Shown: piece after piece, positions 27,149 through 37,855 of the stretch
Layout: each line of letters begins with the position of its first letter
Position numbering within the stretch: position 1 is the stretch's first letter
DNA from: an uncultured delta proteobacterium
GTDB lineage: Bacteria; Desulfobacterota; RBG-13-43-22
Assembly (NCBI GenBank): GCA_963790475.1
Contig: CAWBOS010000006.1
Coordinates: 672,001-736,000 of the forward strand
DNA length: 64,000 nt
Direction of reading: 5' to 3'
Made by a program: the position numbers and the translations under genes
The notes under the pieces: model-generated
Databases searched by the model: none
The model's input: only the letters and a program-made list of their open reading frames with translations
What the model was told of the DNA's origin: nothing

Positions 27149-29466
27149 CGGCCCTCCAAAAACGGGGCTAAATGGGCCTGCAACCGTTGCTTGTTTTTTT
27201 CCAGAGACAAATCCTTGATCCTTTCCTTTTGACCGCTAATAATGTTTTCTCGAAGCTCGTCATCCTCCAGGACCAGAGCCATCATTTCGGCTATCTGTTC
27301 CAGGCTTTTTTGGGCCAGCCCGATACCGGCTCCCCCCAAAGTTTCCGCGATGCCCCCGGTCAAATACGCCATAACCGGAAGACCGAAAAACATGCTTTCC
27401 ACCAGGGGGACACAGAACCCTTCGTGCTCGCTCAGACAAAGATAGAGTTGGGAGGCGTTATAATAGGTGATCAGTTCCCGGAAAGAAGCAAAACCGGCAA
27501 AAAGGACTTTTTCAGTTAGAGCCATTTCTTCAACCATTTTTTTTATGGCTCGGCTGTAGTTGCGCACCCCGCTGTCCGTGCCGACCAGAATCAGGCGGCT
27601 CTCGGGAAAAAGACGTTTCTGGAATAGATAAAAAACCTTGATCAGGTCTTCGATCTTTTTCTGGGGAACCAGCCTGCCCACATGAAGGATATTGATCTTT
27701 CCGTCCTGGAGGGATTTTTTCAGGTTCTCATCTTGAACGATATAGTAATTATTGAAATCGATAAAAATCGGTAACACCCCGGTTTTCCGAAATCCTGCCC
27801 GTTCCAAATCCTGACGGTTAAAGTCCGACACTCCCAGGCCCAGGTCGAAATGAGGGGCCAGCTTTTTTAATTCTTCATAGCCCCAGTCACAGCGCCTTTC
27901 CACCTCGGCATTGATCCCTTTGAAGAAGTGTGCCGGGGTGATGTTGTGATAGATCAGAATCTTTCGATCCGGGAGTCGTTTGACAAACTCGGAAAGTTCA
28001 GAGCCGATGGAGAAATGAAAGATCAGGATATTATCGGGACGACTGACTTCCTTATATTCCTGAAAGGGACGGGCCCCACCGGTTAATTTGGAGTGGACGT
28101 GCTGGGCGTAAATTTCGGAATCATAGCCCCAGTCCCTTAAGACTTTTTGGATCCCCAGGACATCATTGCCGATGGCGTCGCCATAACTGAAATCAGGAAG
28201 CATCTGGTGAATCGAAGTTTCAGGATTTCTCCGACGGCTTTTCATGGAGTTCTCCTTTTGACCGGAGTCCCTGGGGCTTTCTTCCGGAATCGGCTGGGTC
28301 TTTTGGATCAATTGGATGTACCGCTGGCTAATCAAATCCCAATGAAAATGGGACAAGACATAGTTCCGGCCCTTTCTAGCCAATTCCCTGGTCATCTCCG
28401 GGTGGTTTTTCATTTCCAGCAGGCATCCTTCAAACTCCAGATAATCTTTAAAAAATAACCCTCCCTGACTGTTCTGACAATGTTCGACCGTCACCGGACA
28501 ATGGGCGTTGACCAGGACCGGAGTCCCGCAGAGCCAGGATTCCATGATGACAATGGAAAAGCTTTCCATGACCGAAGGCTGGCAAAATAGTTCAGCTCCG
28601 CCATAGGCATCATATTTATCCTGTCTGGAAACAAAACCCAAATCCAGAATGTCCTCCTGCCAATCGAGGGGGATTTTAACCGGCAAATTGCCGATCAAAA
28701 GAAGTCTGAGGTTGGAAGGGTGCCGTTCTTTAAAGAGGGCAAAATAATTCATCAACAAAGGGGTGTTCTTCCCGGTGTCCCTTCTTCCGGCATACAGGAG
28801 GTAGGGATCTTTTATTGGGAACTTTTGGCGAAATCTTTCCGGGTCGGAATGGATCTCGGTATCAATTCCCTCGCCGAAAAGATGGGTTTGATTCTCAGTC
28901 AGGCCATACAAACGCTGTCCCAGATTCATCTCGAACCGGGTATGGAAGATCATGCCCCGCACCCGGTGGAACAATTCACCCAGAATTTCCAAATGGGCAT
29001 AGCCTTCATCATGAAGGCAGGGGATAATAAAAGAACGGCCCGGAAAAATCCGGGCCCCATAATAGGTGGTACTGAAAAGATAGGGGATAAAAAATAACAG
29101 GGTTTCCGGGCCCTGAAGCCGGATGTACTGATAGAGCAAGGGGCTGTCGATCATGTGCTGAAAGAAAAGGTCTTCTTCCGGACGGGAAAGCTTTTCCCCG
29201 GAAAGGATTCGCCGGTTCAGGGAACTGAAAAGCTCTCCATTTCTGGGGCCGACCGGAAATCGTCTGACCAATACTCCATTGACCTCGTAATCCCCGGCCG
29301 GATAATAATTGCGCCCCCAATCCCCTTCAAAATCTTTAACGCAAGTTGTCCAGACCTCCACCGGAATCCTTCGCTGATGAAGGTTCTCTACGGTTCTCCG
29401 GGCCTCGGCTTCAGCTCCTCCAGGGATATCCGCCCCATACCAGGGGCAGACAAAAGCGATTTTCAT
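27145..29466 (-). CDS. two-domain glycosyltransferase family 4
   Basis: Two GT-B modules with ESFSIVIMES and EGFCVPLVES (EX7E) motifs; probable start MKIAFV. Confidence 0.9.
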   Translation of the reverse strand: MKIAFVCPWYGADIPGGAEAEARRTVENLHQRRIPVEVWTTCVKDFEGDWGRNYYPAGDYEVNGVLVRRFPVGPRNGELFSSLNRRILSGEKLSRPEEDLFFQHMIDSPLLYQYIRLQGPETLLFFIPYLFSTTYYGARIFPGRSFIIPCLHDEGYAHLEILGELFHRVRGMIFHTRFEMNLGQRLYGLTENQTHLFGEGIDTEIHSDPERFRQKFPIKDPYLLYAGRRDTGKNTPLLMNYFALFKERHPSNLRLLLIGNLPVKIPLDWQEDILDLGFVSRQDKYDAYGGAELFCQPSVMESFSIVIMESWLCGTPVLVNAHCPVTVEHCQNSQGGLFFKDYLEFEGCLLEMKNHPEMTRELARKGRNYVLSHFHWDLISQRYIQLIQKTQPIPEESPRDSGQKENSMKSRRRNPETSIHQMLPDFSYGDAIGNDVLGIQKVLRDWGYDSEIYAQHVHSKLTGGARPFQEYKEVSRPDNILIFHFSIGSELSEFVKRLPDRKILIYHNITPAHFFKGINAEVERRCDWGYEELKKLAPHFDLGLGVSDFNRQDLERAGFRKTGVLPIFIDFNNYYIVQDENLKKSLQDGKINILHVGRLVPQKKIEDLIKVFYLFQKRLFPESRLILVGTDSGVRNYSRAIKKMVEEMALTEKVLFAGFASFRELITYYNASQLYLCLSEHEGFCVPLVESMFFGLPVMAYLTGGIAETLGGAGIGLAQKSLEQIAEMMALVLEDDELRENIISGQKERIKDLSLEKNKQRLQAHLAPFLEGR

Positions 29467-29469
29467 TTC

Positions 29470-29632
29470 GGTTGGTCTGGTCAATTCGGTCAATTCAGTC
29501 TATTTGGTCTGTCTGGTCTGTTTGGTTTTTTGGGTTTAACGTGAAGCCTGAAACGTAAGGAGTAAGGAGTGAGCATTATTTTTTTGCAACCCTAGCCTAT
29601 AGCCTTACGCCTCTGCCTCTGGCCTCTTGCCT
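29470..29632. repeat. degenerate 9-mer and 7-mer tandem arrays
   Basis: GGTCAATTC/GGTCTGTTT units, then GTAAGGA units and CCTCTGG-type units. Confidence 0.6.
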
Positions 29633-30908
29633 ACTTATACCCCAGCACTGCATAATCCTGAAATCCATATAACAGGGCATTGAGGCTCCGGACGTTTTCG
29701 TTCAATATTCGGGCCATTTCATCCTCATAAGAATCATCCTCCCGCCGGACCATCTCTTTGAGTTTCATCTCTTCAGGAAAAGGAGAGACAAAGAGGATTT
29801 CCGCCTGCCGGAATCCGTATGATTCCCACAGATAACGGGCGGCCTCGGGATGAATCGGATTTTTGTGGGAGAGATCCAGATAGAAGGCCCCGCTGAAGGT
29901 GCTCAGACATTGGGGATTTATGGTTTCGGCCAGCAGGATACCTCCGGTACGCAGTTTGGCAAAACCGACCCTGACCAATTCCCGAAGCAATTCAGGATCC
30001 AGATGTTCAATGACCTGGGATAGAAAAACCCCACCCAAACTCAGGTCCGGTAAACTTTTTAAATAGGCCAGCCCGTCACCCGAACTGGCCTCTAAGCCCT
30101 TAGCCCGGCAATGAAGGATAAATTCCTGATTGGTGTCTACGCCCGAGGCCTGGATTCCGGCTTCTTTTAAAAGCCCCAGAAATTCCCCCCGGCCGCAGCC
30201 GATATCCAAAACCGGCCCCCGGTCTTTGAAATAGGGCAGATAGTTTTTCTGCTTCCACTTAATAGCCTCTTCGCTGCCGCGATGCCGGTCTTCAAAGCGC
30301 ATATATTCCGGCTCCCGGACCCTTTCTTTCAGTTGGCCTAGGGGGAGGCTCCCTTCCATCGCAGGAGCCGGGACCTCTTTGATCCGGTTCAACACGTCCT
30401 CAAAAACATTTTTTTGGGCCTTAAGTTCCTGGGGGATGGCTTCCAATGACCGGGTCATCTGATCCCCTTTTTCTTCCAGACCAGCCAGTTGTTTTTCCAG
30501 AGCTGACCAGCGAAAACGAAAATCCAGGGCCATCTGATTCAGCAGACGCACCAGTTCCACGTTGAACTCCACCTGCTTTTTAAGGACCATTTGAATATAA
30601 GGGTCGGTCAGTTTCCGGATCACCTTTTTGAATCCTGTAACCAGGGGCCCCAAGACCTTACGGTGTGAAGAAATTTCCGGAGGTGTTCGAGTGTCGCACA
30701 GATAATTTATTTGGGATAAACGATACTGAATATCCCCTTCCTGGGAATCCGAATCTTCGGATTGTATCTGAAGGGTCATCCGTTCAATCTTTTCCAATTC
30801 TTCGGGGGAGTAAGTCCCGTTTTGTTTTTTCTCCTCGATACGGGAGCGGACGCGCTCCATAATACGGCCCACATCCACTTTTGGTTTCTCCTGGTTTTCT
30901 TGCTCCAT
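29631..30908 (-). CDS. class I SAM-dependent methyltransferase with N-terminal coiled coil (putative glycan chain terminator)
   Basis: YMRFEDRHRGS, VLDIGCGRGEFL and QVIEHL motifs; heptad-rich N-terminal half. Confidence 0.85.
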   Translation of the reverse strand: MEQENQEKPKVDVGRIMERVRSRIEEKKQNGTYSPEELEKIERMTLQIQSEDSDSQEGDIQYRLSQINYLCDTRTPPEISSHRKVLGPLVTGFKKVIRKLTDPYIQMVLKKQVEFNVELVRLLNQMALDFRFRWSALEKQLAGLEEKGDQMTRSLEAIPQELKAQKNVFEDVLNRIKEVPAPAMEGSLPLGQLKERVREPEYMRFEDRHRGSEEAIKWKQKNYLPYFKDRGPVLDIGCGRGEFLGLLKEAGIQASGVDTNQEFILHCRAKGLEASSGDGLAYLKSLPDLSLGGVFLSQVIEHLDPELLRELVRVGFAKLRTGGILLAETINPQCLSTFSGAFYLDLSHKNPIHPEAARYLWESYGFRQAEILFVSPFPEEMKLKEMVRREDDSYEDEMARILNENVRSLNALLYGFQDYAVLGYK

Positions 30909-30958
30909 AAAAGATCTTTCACTTAGGATTTTATAAATTTATTTCTAACACAATCCCT

Positions 30959-31039
30959 GTTACGAGTTGCGGGTTACGGGTTACGGGTTGGGAAATCAAA
31001 TTCTTTTTTGTCCTCAACCCGTAAGCCGCAACCCGCAAC
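30959..31039. repeat. inverted heptamer array (GTTACGG / CCGTAAC type)
   Basis: GTTACGAGTTGCGGGTTACGGGTTACGGGTT...CAACCCGTAAGCCGCAACCCGCAAC. Confidence 0.75.
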
Positions 31040-31067
31040 AAGATTTAATATTCTATTTTGCAAACCC

Positions 31068-32309
31068 CTATTCGACAATCCACCGGTGGGGGATTCGATA
31101 AATCCCGGTATCTTTTCTGGCCGACCGGACGACAAAGGAAACGCAGCCGCTCCGGTAATCGTAATTATGACCATCCCGGGCATGAACAGCCACGTCCAGA
31201 AAATAATTTCCTTCTATCAAATGGACCTGTTCCAGCTTTATCGCGATTCGACCGTTTTCTTGCAGGGGAGGAAGCACCATTTCATCCAGGTCGGTGTTGG
31301 TCCCATAGCAGCAGGTCCCTTTCCCATCAAAAACGGCAATACCGAAAACGGCATCCGGGTTGGGCCGATGAACCTGAAAATTCATTTCGATCAGCAGGTC
31401 CTCCCCGTCCTGAAAAACGTGTCTTTCCTGACCTTGGCTATCCAATAACCGGACTTTATTGATTTCGATGTCCCCGTTGCCATAACGATCTTTGGAAATA
31501 ACCCTTTCCAATCCGTCGCAGGTTGCGGTCGATTCTTCTGTTTTATATCGGGCGTCATCCCTTCGGGCCACCTCCTGCCGGTAGGCATCTATCACCTGAC
31601 GGGGATCACCGAGGGCCTGAATGCATCCCGAGTCGAGCCATAGGGCCTGATCACAGAACCGTTCTACAGTGGGGAGGTCATGGGTTACCAGGACAATGGT
31701 CTTTCCGGCCTTTTTAAAATTCGTCATCCGGTCAAGACATTTTCGGGAAAAAGATTCGTCTCCCACGGCCAGGACTTCATCCACCAGCAAAATATCCGGA
31801 TCGACATTGACGGCCACCGAAAAACCCAAGCGCACATACATCCCCGAGGAATAGGTCCGAACCGGTACATCGATAAAGGATTCCAGTTCGGCAAAACGAA
31901 CGATTCGGTCAAACCGTTTTTCAATTTCTTTGCGGTTTAATCCCAGGATGGTCCCGTTTATGAAAACATTTTCCCGGCCGGTGAATTCCGGATGAAAGCC
32001 CGCTCCTAATTCAATCAACGAGGAGACCCGCCCATTCATCCGAACCGTGCCGGAATCGGGCTTATAGATCCCGGTCATGACCTTAAGCAGCGTGCTTTTC
32101 CCGGATCCGTTCCGGCCGATGACCCCCAGGCTGATTCCCTGGGGAATTTCCAGGTTTAAATCTTGAAAAACAACCCGGGTTTCTTCTTTGGACTTGCCCT
32201 TTATGGAAAAGGGATTCAAGAGCAGGGATTTCAGGGTAATATAGTCCCGCCTGAGAGTAATTTGTTTAAACCCTTTGGAGATCCCTTTTAAGATGACGGC
32301 AGGAGCCAT
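31068..32309 (-). CDS. wzt: polysaccharide ABC exporter ATPase with Wzt C-terminal domain
   Basis: GRNGSGKST, YSSGMYVRLGF and DEVLAVGD motifs; RYGNG C-terminal domain. Confidence 0.92.
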   Translation of the reverse strand: MAPAVILKGISKGFKQITLRRDYITLKSLLLNPFSIKGKSKEETRVVFQDLNLEIPQGISLGVIGRNGSGKSTLLKVMTGIYKPDSGTVRMNGRVSSLIELGAGFHPEFTGRENVFINGTILGLNRKEIEKRFDRIVRFAELESFIDVPVRTYSSGMYVRLGFSVAVNVDPDILLVDEVLAVGDESFSRKCLDRMTNFKKAGKTIVLVTHDLPTVERFCDQALWLDSGCIQALGDPRQVIDAYRQEVARRDDARYKTEESTATCDGLERVISKDRYGNGDIEINKVRLLDSQGQERHVFQDGEDLLIEMNFQVHRPNPDAVFGIAVFDGKGTCCYGTNTDLDEMVLPPLQENGRIAIKLEQVHLIEGNYFLDVAVHARDGHNYDYRSGCVSFVVRSARKDTGIYRIPHRWIVE

Positions 32310-32315
32310 AGAGGT

Positions 32316-33110
32316 TTATACCTTCTCGGCAAAGGTTTCTTTGTGGCGTTCAAAAAAGAACATGCCGATCCCCAATAAAAGCAGGGACAGGACCATAAAA
32401 ACTGAAAGAATCCTCAGGTCCGGATTACGGTTATAAAAAAAAACATCCTGGTAGGCCAGGGTGATTTGGGCCATAGGATTGAACAGGACCCACCTGTTGA
32501 AAGGGCTCGGGACTTGGGAAAGAGGATAGAGAATGGGTGTTAAAAAAAACCAAAGGGTCAATAAATTAGATAGGATATGTTGGACATCCCGAAAAAAAAC
32601 ATTAATCGTAGCCAGGATCAAAACCAGGCCTTCAATAAACAGCAAGTGGAGAAAGATAATCACCGGCAGCCAAAGCAGAGGCCAATCCTGATAGACCCCC
32701 ATGGCCCACAGGAACCCAAAAAGAATCGGAAAACTCAACAGGTAGTTTATCAAGTTGGCCAAAACTTTAACGACCGGCAGGACCTGACTGGGGAAAAGGA
32801 CCTTGGTGACCAAGCTGCCGCCGGCGGTAATCGAATTGGTTCCCTCCAATAAAGAGCTGGAAAACCAGATCCAGGGGAGTAAGCCGACAAACATGAATCC
32901 GGCATAATGTTCTACCCGAATCCTGAGATAAAAATTAAAAACCAGGGCATAGACCCCCAAGAGTAAAAGAGGATTCAGGAAAGTCCATAAAAACCCCAGG
33001 AAAGATCCTCGATAACGGGCTTTCAGTTCCCGGATCACGAGACTATTTACCAGACTTCGGTAACGAAACAATTCCCGGATATGTTGGAGGATCAATGAGA
33101 GCATATTCAT
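32316..33110 (-). CDS. wzm: polysaccharide ABC exporter permease
   Basis: RELKARYRGSFLGFLWTFLNPL and FFLTPILYP motifs. Confidence 0.92.
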   Translation of the reverse strand: MNMLSLILQHIRELFRYRSLVNSLVIRELKARYRGSFLGFLWTFLNPLLLLGVYALVFNFYLRIRVEHYAGFMFVGLLPWIWFSSSLLEGTNSITAGGSLVTKVLFPSQVLPVVKVLANLINYLLSFPILFGFLWAMGVYQDWPLLWLPVIIFLHLLFIEGLVLILATINVFFRDVQHILSNLLTLWFFLTPILYPLSQVPSPFNRWVLFNPMAQITLAYQDVFFYNRNPDLRILSVFMVLSLLLLGIGMFFFERHKETFAEKV

Positions 33111-33116
33111 TTAATC

Positions 33117-33228
33117 TGCGAATTCAGAATTCAGCAGTCAGAAGTCAGAATAATAAAGTTTGAATGATCAGGGTATTTAATTGCCATTTTCCTTCCTGCC
33201 TTCTGGATTCTTACTCCTGGATTCTGGG
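33117..33228. repeat. inverted heptamer array (ATTCAGA / TCTGGAT type)
   Basis: GAATTCAGAATTCAGCAGTCAGAAGTCAGAA ... TTCTGGATTCTTACTCCTGGATTCTG. Confidence 0.65.
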
Positions 33229-33237
33229 TTTTGTTTA

Positions 33238-34635
33238 TTAACACGCTTCCTTGCTGAGTATTCCCTTCCAAAGGGTCTTAATTAAAATTTTGGTATCCAG
33301 GTAAAGTGACCAGTTCTCAATATAATACAGATCGAACTCGATCCGTTTTTCCAGGGAGGTATTCCCCCGCCAACCATGAATCTGCGCCCAGCCGGTCATA
33401 CCGGCTTTCATTTTGTGGCGTAACATATATTTGGGAATCTTGTCTTTGAAACTTTGAATCAGTTCCGGTCGCTCCGGGCGGGGTCCGACCAAACTCATCT
33501 CCCCTTTGATGACGTTAATAAGCTGGGGCAGTTCATCAAAACTTACTTTTCTTAATATCCGGCCCAGGAGAGTCCTCCGGGGGTCTTCTTTTTGCGCCCA
33601 AACCGGACCGGTTTCTTTTTCCGCACCGACCACCATGGAACGGAACTTCAACATTTCAAAGTCACAGCCATCCAGCCCCATCCGTATCTGACGGTATAAA
33701 ACCGGTCCTTTCGAGGTGACTTTGACGGCCAGGGCAATTAATAGAAGGACAGGAGAAAATAGGATCAGGACCAGGCAGGCCAGAATGATATCAAAAGACC
33801 TTTTCAAAATTCGATTCCAGCCGACCATAGGGGATTCCCTTAAATTGATGAAGGGCAAACCCTCAAATTCCTCAACGCCGCCCCGCAAACTGATAAACCG
33901 ATATAAATCGGGAACGATCTTGATGTCCACCATTTCGTCGCGAATCCGGTTTAAGAGCTCCTCCAGTTTTTGATGAGCGGTTAAGGGCAGGGCGAAGATG
34001 ACCAGATTGATTCCCCGGTTTTGGATCACTTGATCAATTTCTTCGTACAATCCCAGGACCTCGATCCCCCGGATTTCAGTCCCAACCTTTTGAGGCACCC
34101 GAGTTAAGAATCCGCTGATCTTCAGGCCTAACTCAGGATGCTTCCGGATGGTTTCGGCCACACTCTGGGCCAATTCCCGGACCCCAACAATCAAAACCCT
34201 TTCCGAACTGAGATGCTTTTTTTGCAGAGTAATGTAATAGCCCTTGAAAAACAACCGGCTTAAAGAAAGGAACAGGAGACTCAGGAGACTGAAATAGAGA
34301 AAGACCAGTCGCGAAAATTCGGTCCTTTTAAAGAAAAAGGTGATAAAGACCAGGACCATCAAGGCAAAGAAGTTGGCCTTGAACAGGGCTATGATTTCCT
34401 GAGTACGAGTAAAAAAACGACGGTACAACCCGGTTAAACGAAGGGACCCTAACCAGATGACCAGGGCAAAAACAAGCAGGATCAGATAATCTTCAAAATG
34501 AGGAACACCCTTAGTCACCGGGATAAAGGGGGTATAAAACCGCAGATAAAAGGCCGCAATCCAACAAACCGTGAGGATAATGAGATCATTAATAAAAAGC
34601 AAAGATTGAAATAGTTGCAGTCTCTTTTTAAACAT
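33238..34635 (-). CDS. undecaprenyl-phosphate glucose phosphotransferase (WcaJ-like)
   Basis: KRSFDI, KFRSM, DELPQL, MSLVGPRPE and GMTGWAQ motifs. Confidence 0.92.
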   Translation of the reverse strand: MFKKRLQLFQSLLFINDLIILTVCWIAAFYLRFYTPFIPVTKGVPHFEDYLILLVFALVIWLGSLRLTGLYRRFFTRTQEIIALFKANFFALMVLVFITFFFKRTEFSRLVFLYFSLLSLLFLSLSRLFFKGYYITLQKKHLSSERVLIVGVRELAQSVAETIRKHPELGLKISGFLTRVPQKVGTEIRGIEVLGLYEEIDQVIQNRGINLVIFALPLTAHQKLEELLNRIRDEMVDIKIVPDLYRFISLRGGVEEFEGLPFINLRESPMVGWNRILKRSFDIILACLVLILFSPVLLLIALAVKVTSKGPVLYRQIRMGLDGCDFEMLKFRSMVVGAEKETGPVWAQKEDPRRTLLGRILRKVSFDELPQLINVIKGEMSLVGPRPERPELIQSFKDKIPKYMLRHKMKAGMTGWAQIHGWRGNTSLEKRIEFDLYYIENWSLYLDTKILIKTLWKGILSKEAC

Positions 34636-34700
34636 GGGTTAAGGACCTCTCCACGGCTTGAGGAGAAAGGAAGATGAGGCAGGAGAAAATTTTGAGGTTT

Positions 34701-35063
34701 TTAGTCCCCGCGGGCCTTTTCTATGGCTTCTTCTTTTTTCTTGCAGTCAATACAGTGGGTGGTAACTGGTCGGGCCTTTAAACGCTGCTCTGAAATATCC
34801 TCCCCGCATTTTTCACAGATCCCAAAACTTCCATCCTCAATCCGTTCCAGGGCTTCTTCTATCTTCAGAATGAGTTTCCGTTCCCGGCCTCTTATCCGGA
34901 GAAGAAAATTGCGGTCCGATTCCAAAGTGGCCCGGTCAGTCGGGTCGGGGAAATTTTCTTTGGAATCCGTCATCCCGCTGACTGTTCTTTGGGCTTCATG
35001 AATCAAGACACTCCTTTGTTCCTGCAAGAGTTTCTTGAAAAAAGCAATTTTTTTGGCGTTCAT
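34701..35063 (-). CDS. dksA: RNA polymerase-binding protein DksA
   Basis: PDPTDRATLE motif and CEKC...CIDC zinc finger. Confidence 0.93.
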   Translation of the reverse strand: MNAKKIAFFKKLLQEQRSVLIHEAQRTVSGMTDSKENFPDPTDRATLESDRNFLLRIRGRERKLILKIEEALERIEDGSFGICEKCGEDISEQRLKARPVTTHCIDCKKKEEAIEKARGD

Positions 35064-35073
35064 TACTTTTCTC

Positions 35074-35646
35074 CTATACCTTTACTTCATTGTTTGCCTG
35101 AGAAAATTCCTTTCTAAGGTAAACCCCGCTTTTCCCCCCGGATTTCTTTATCAGACCGAGATTCGTTATCTGAATCCCTCGATCAACCGCCTTACACATA
35201 TCGTAAATCGTCAGGGCGGCTACTGCCACTGCTGTTAAGGCCTCCATTTCCACCCCGGTTCGGTCCGCAGCCTGAACTTTAGCCACTATCTCCACCCGGG
35301 GAGGCTCTTGGGCCAGGGAAAAGGATACCTCCACCCCGGTTACCTGAAGCGGATGACAAAGAGGAATGAGCTCATGGGTCTTCTTGGCGGCCATAATGGC
35401 CGATACCTTGGCAACACCCAGGACATCCCCTTTTTTCAAGGAATTCTCTTCTATCCCCCTTAAGGTCTCCGCTTTAACCCGGACCGTTCCAGACGCTATG
35501 GCCTCACGCCGAGTTATCTTTTTTGTACTGACATTGACCATCCGGGCTCGACCCTTGGAATCCACATGGGTCCAGTCCTTCAAGCCAGGAAGGGGATTCC
35601 GGTCTTCAGGCTTTTCAATGAAGCGATTTCCCGACCTTTTTCCCAC
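35074..35646 (-). CDS. moaC: cyclic pyranopterin monophosphate synthase
   Basis: [16 protein letters not shown] and [11 protein letters not shown] motifs; start uncertain. Confidence 0.93.
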   Translation of the reverse strand: MGKRSGNRFIEKPEDRNPLPGLKDWTHVDSKGRARMVNVSTKKITRREAIASGTVRVKAETLRGIEENSLKKGDVLGVAKVSAIMAAKKTHELIPLCHPLQVTGVEVSFSLAQEPPRVEIVAKVQAADRTGVEMEALTAVAVAALTIYDMCKAVDRGIQITNLGLIKKSGGKSGVYLRKEFSQANNEVKV

Positions 35647-35875
35647 GATCCTTGCCTAATAACTCTTTTTTGCCGACGGTTAACTCCATCTCGACAGGTA
35701 AATCCACCTTTCCGGCAGCAATTTCCCGGAGTGCGACAACTACTTCTTTATTTTTGGACTGAATCCGAGGGCCATCACCAGACCGTAGTTGTTTAACTCT
35801 TTGAAATGCCAAATGAATCAATGAAAATCGATTAGGAACTTGCTCAAGGCAATCTTCAATGGTAACTCTGGCCAT
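35615..35875 (-). CDS. rpoZ: RNA polymerase omega subunit
   Basis: [10 protein letters not shown]...NRF...ALREIAAG. Confidence 0.93.
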   Translation of the reverse strand: MARVTIEDCLEQVPNRFSLIHLAFQRVKQLRSGDGPRIQSKNKEVVVALREIAAGKVDLPVEMELTVGKKELLGKDRGKKVGKSLH

Positions 35876-36322
35876 ACTTGCTCCTTCCTAAGAGTATCTT
35901 TCTAAAATAAATTATGTTATATAACTTATTCTTCAGCAAATGTAAATCCTTTTCTTTGAAAACCTAACTGTTTTAAAATGAATATCTTCCCTTGCAAAAA
36001 ATTCATCTTTTTTCTATAATTTAGTTCAAAATTCCTTTCGTCGTTAATCGTTCGGCGTTCGGTAAAAATCTAACCAAAAATATTTAAAATGTTGGGTTGG
36101 TCATAGGAGGTCTTGGTTATAATAACTTCTTATTTTATCATAGAAAAGGTTGATTATGGTTAGGAGTAGAAAATTTAAGAACAAGACCCAGAAGGACCCG
36201 TGCAATAACTATTAGAAAAAAGGTCTAAATTTAAAGATATCAGTGACTAAATTCACGTTTCCTGGTCTCCGTATCAGGGGCGTCAAAAACAATCATTAAC
36301 TAACCGCTACGACCAAAAAACC

Positions 36323-37852
36323 ATGATTGCCAAAACTTTCAGCACCGCCATTTCTGGGATTGATGCCTATATAGTCCAGGTTGAGGTCGATATCGCCAGG
36401 GGGCTACCGGCTTTTTCCACAGTTGGATTGCCGGAAGGGGCTGTCCGGGAGAGTAAAGACCGGGTCAAATCGGCCATTAAGAATTCCGGATTTGAATTTC
36501 CCAGCCACCGGATTACTGTAAATCTGGCCCCGGCCGATATAAAAAAAGAAGGGTCGGCCTTTGACCTGCCCATAGCCATCGGTATTCTGGCGGCGACAGA
36601 CCTCATTTCTTCCACCGTTCTGTCTTCTTACCTGATCTTGGGGGAGCTTTCCCTGAATGGAGAAATAAAACCTATCCGGGGCACATTACCGACGGCTCTA
36701 TCGGTAAAGGATAACGGCTTTCGTGGGCTGATAATTCCCGAGGCCAATGCCATAGAGGCCTCGGTGGTGGAAGGGATTGAGATCATCCCGGCTCGGACCT
36801 TGGGACAGGTGGCTGAATTTTTAAGAGGAATCTCCTCGATCGGCCCACTCCCCCTGGATCAAACTCGACTTTTGTCCTTTTCTCAGGACTATCCTTTTGA
36901 TTTTAATGAGGTGAGAGGTCAGGAGCATGTCAAGCGGGCCTTGGAAATTGCAGCCGCCGGAGGTCATAACATCATTATGGTTGGACCTCCCGGTTCGGGA
37001 AAAACCATGTTGGCCCAAAGGCTGCCTTCTATTCTGCCCGACCTTACTTTTGAAGAAGCCCTGGAAACATCAAAGATTTACAGTGTGATCGGATTGATGC
37101 CGGCCGATCAGGCCCTTATTACTTCCCGGCCTTTCAGGTCCCCTCATCATACAGTGTCCGATGCCGGTTTGATTGGAGGCGGACAAATTCCCCGCCCCGG
37201 CGAAGTCAGTCTATCTCATAACGGGGTACTTTTTTTAGATGAATTGCCCGAATTCAAAAAAAACGTCCTGGAAGTCCTTCGGCAACCCCTTGAGGACGGC
37301 CGGGTTACCATATCCCGGGCTATCACTTCCCTGACCTATCCGGCCCGCTTTATGCTGGTGGCGGCTATGAATCCCTGCCCTTGTGGATTTTTATCCGATC
37401 CGCAGCGGGAGTGTCATTGTACCTATCCACAAATCCAACGCTATAAATCAAAAATTTCCGGTCCTTTGTTGGATCGTATTGATCTCCATGTAGAGGTCCC
37501 TTCCGTTAAATTCAAAGAACTGGCCGGACAATCGGATGGAGAATCGTCGGGATCCATCCGGGAACGGGTCAAGGCCGCCCGAGAAAAGCAAAAAGCCCGT
37601 TTCCACAGTAAAACCATTTTTTGTAACGCCCAGATGGGGCCGAGGCAGATAAAAAAGTACTGCACCCTTTCCGCCGATTCCCAAAACCTTCTGGAAAAAG
37701 CCATGGATTATCTGGGGTTGAGTGCCAGGGCCTATCATCGCATATTAAAGATCTCCCGGACAATTGCTGATCTGGAGAAAGGTGAAACAATTGGTCCGCA
37801 TCATGTCTCGGAAGCCATTCAATACCGGAATCTGGACCGCCGCCTCCTCTAA
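36323..37852 (+). CDS. comM: YifB/ComM Mg-chelatase-like AAA+ ATPase
   Basis: [31 protein letters not shown] and SGPLLDRID motifs. Confidence 0.92.
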   Translation: MIAKTFSTAISGIDAYIVQVEVDIARGLPAFSTVGLPEGAVRESKDRVKSAIKNSGFEFPSHRITVNLAPADIKKEGSAFDLPIAIGILAATDLISSTVLSSYLILGELSLNGEIKPIRGTLPTALSVKDNGFRGLIIPEANAIEASVVEGIEIIPARTLGQVAEFLRGISSIGPLPLDQTRLLSFSQDYPFDFNEVRGQEHVKRALEIAAAGGHNIIMVGPPGSGKTMLAQRLPSILPDLTFEEALETSKIYSVIGLMPADQALITSRPFRSPHHTVSDAGLIGGGQIPRPGEVSLSHNGVLFLDELPEFKKNVLEVLRQPLEDGRVTISRAITSLTYPARFMLVAAMNPCPCGFLSDPQRECHCTYPQIQRYKSKISGPLLDRIDLHVEVPSVKFKELAGQSDGESSGSIRERVKAAREKQKARFHSKTIFCNAQMGPRQIKKYCTLSADSQNLLEKAMDYLGLSARAYHRILKISRTIADLEKGETIGPHHVSEAIQYRNLDRRLL

Positions 37853-37855
37853 GAA

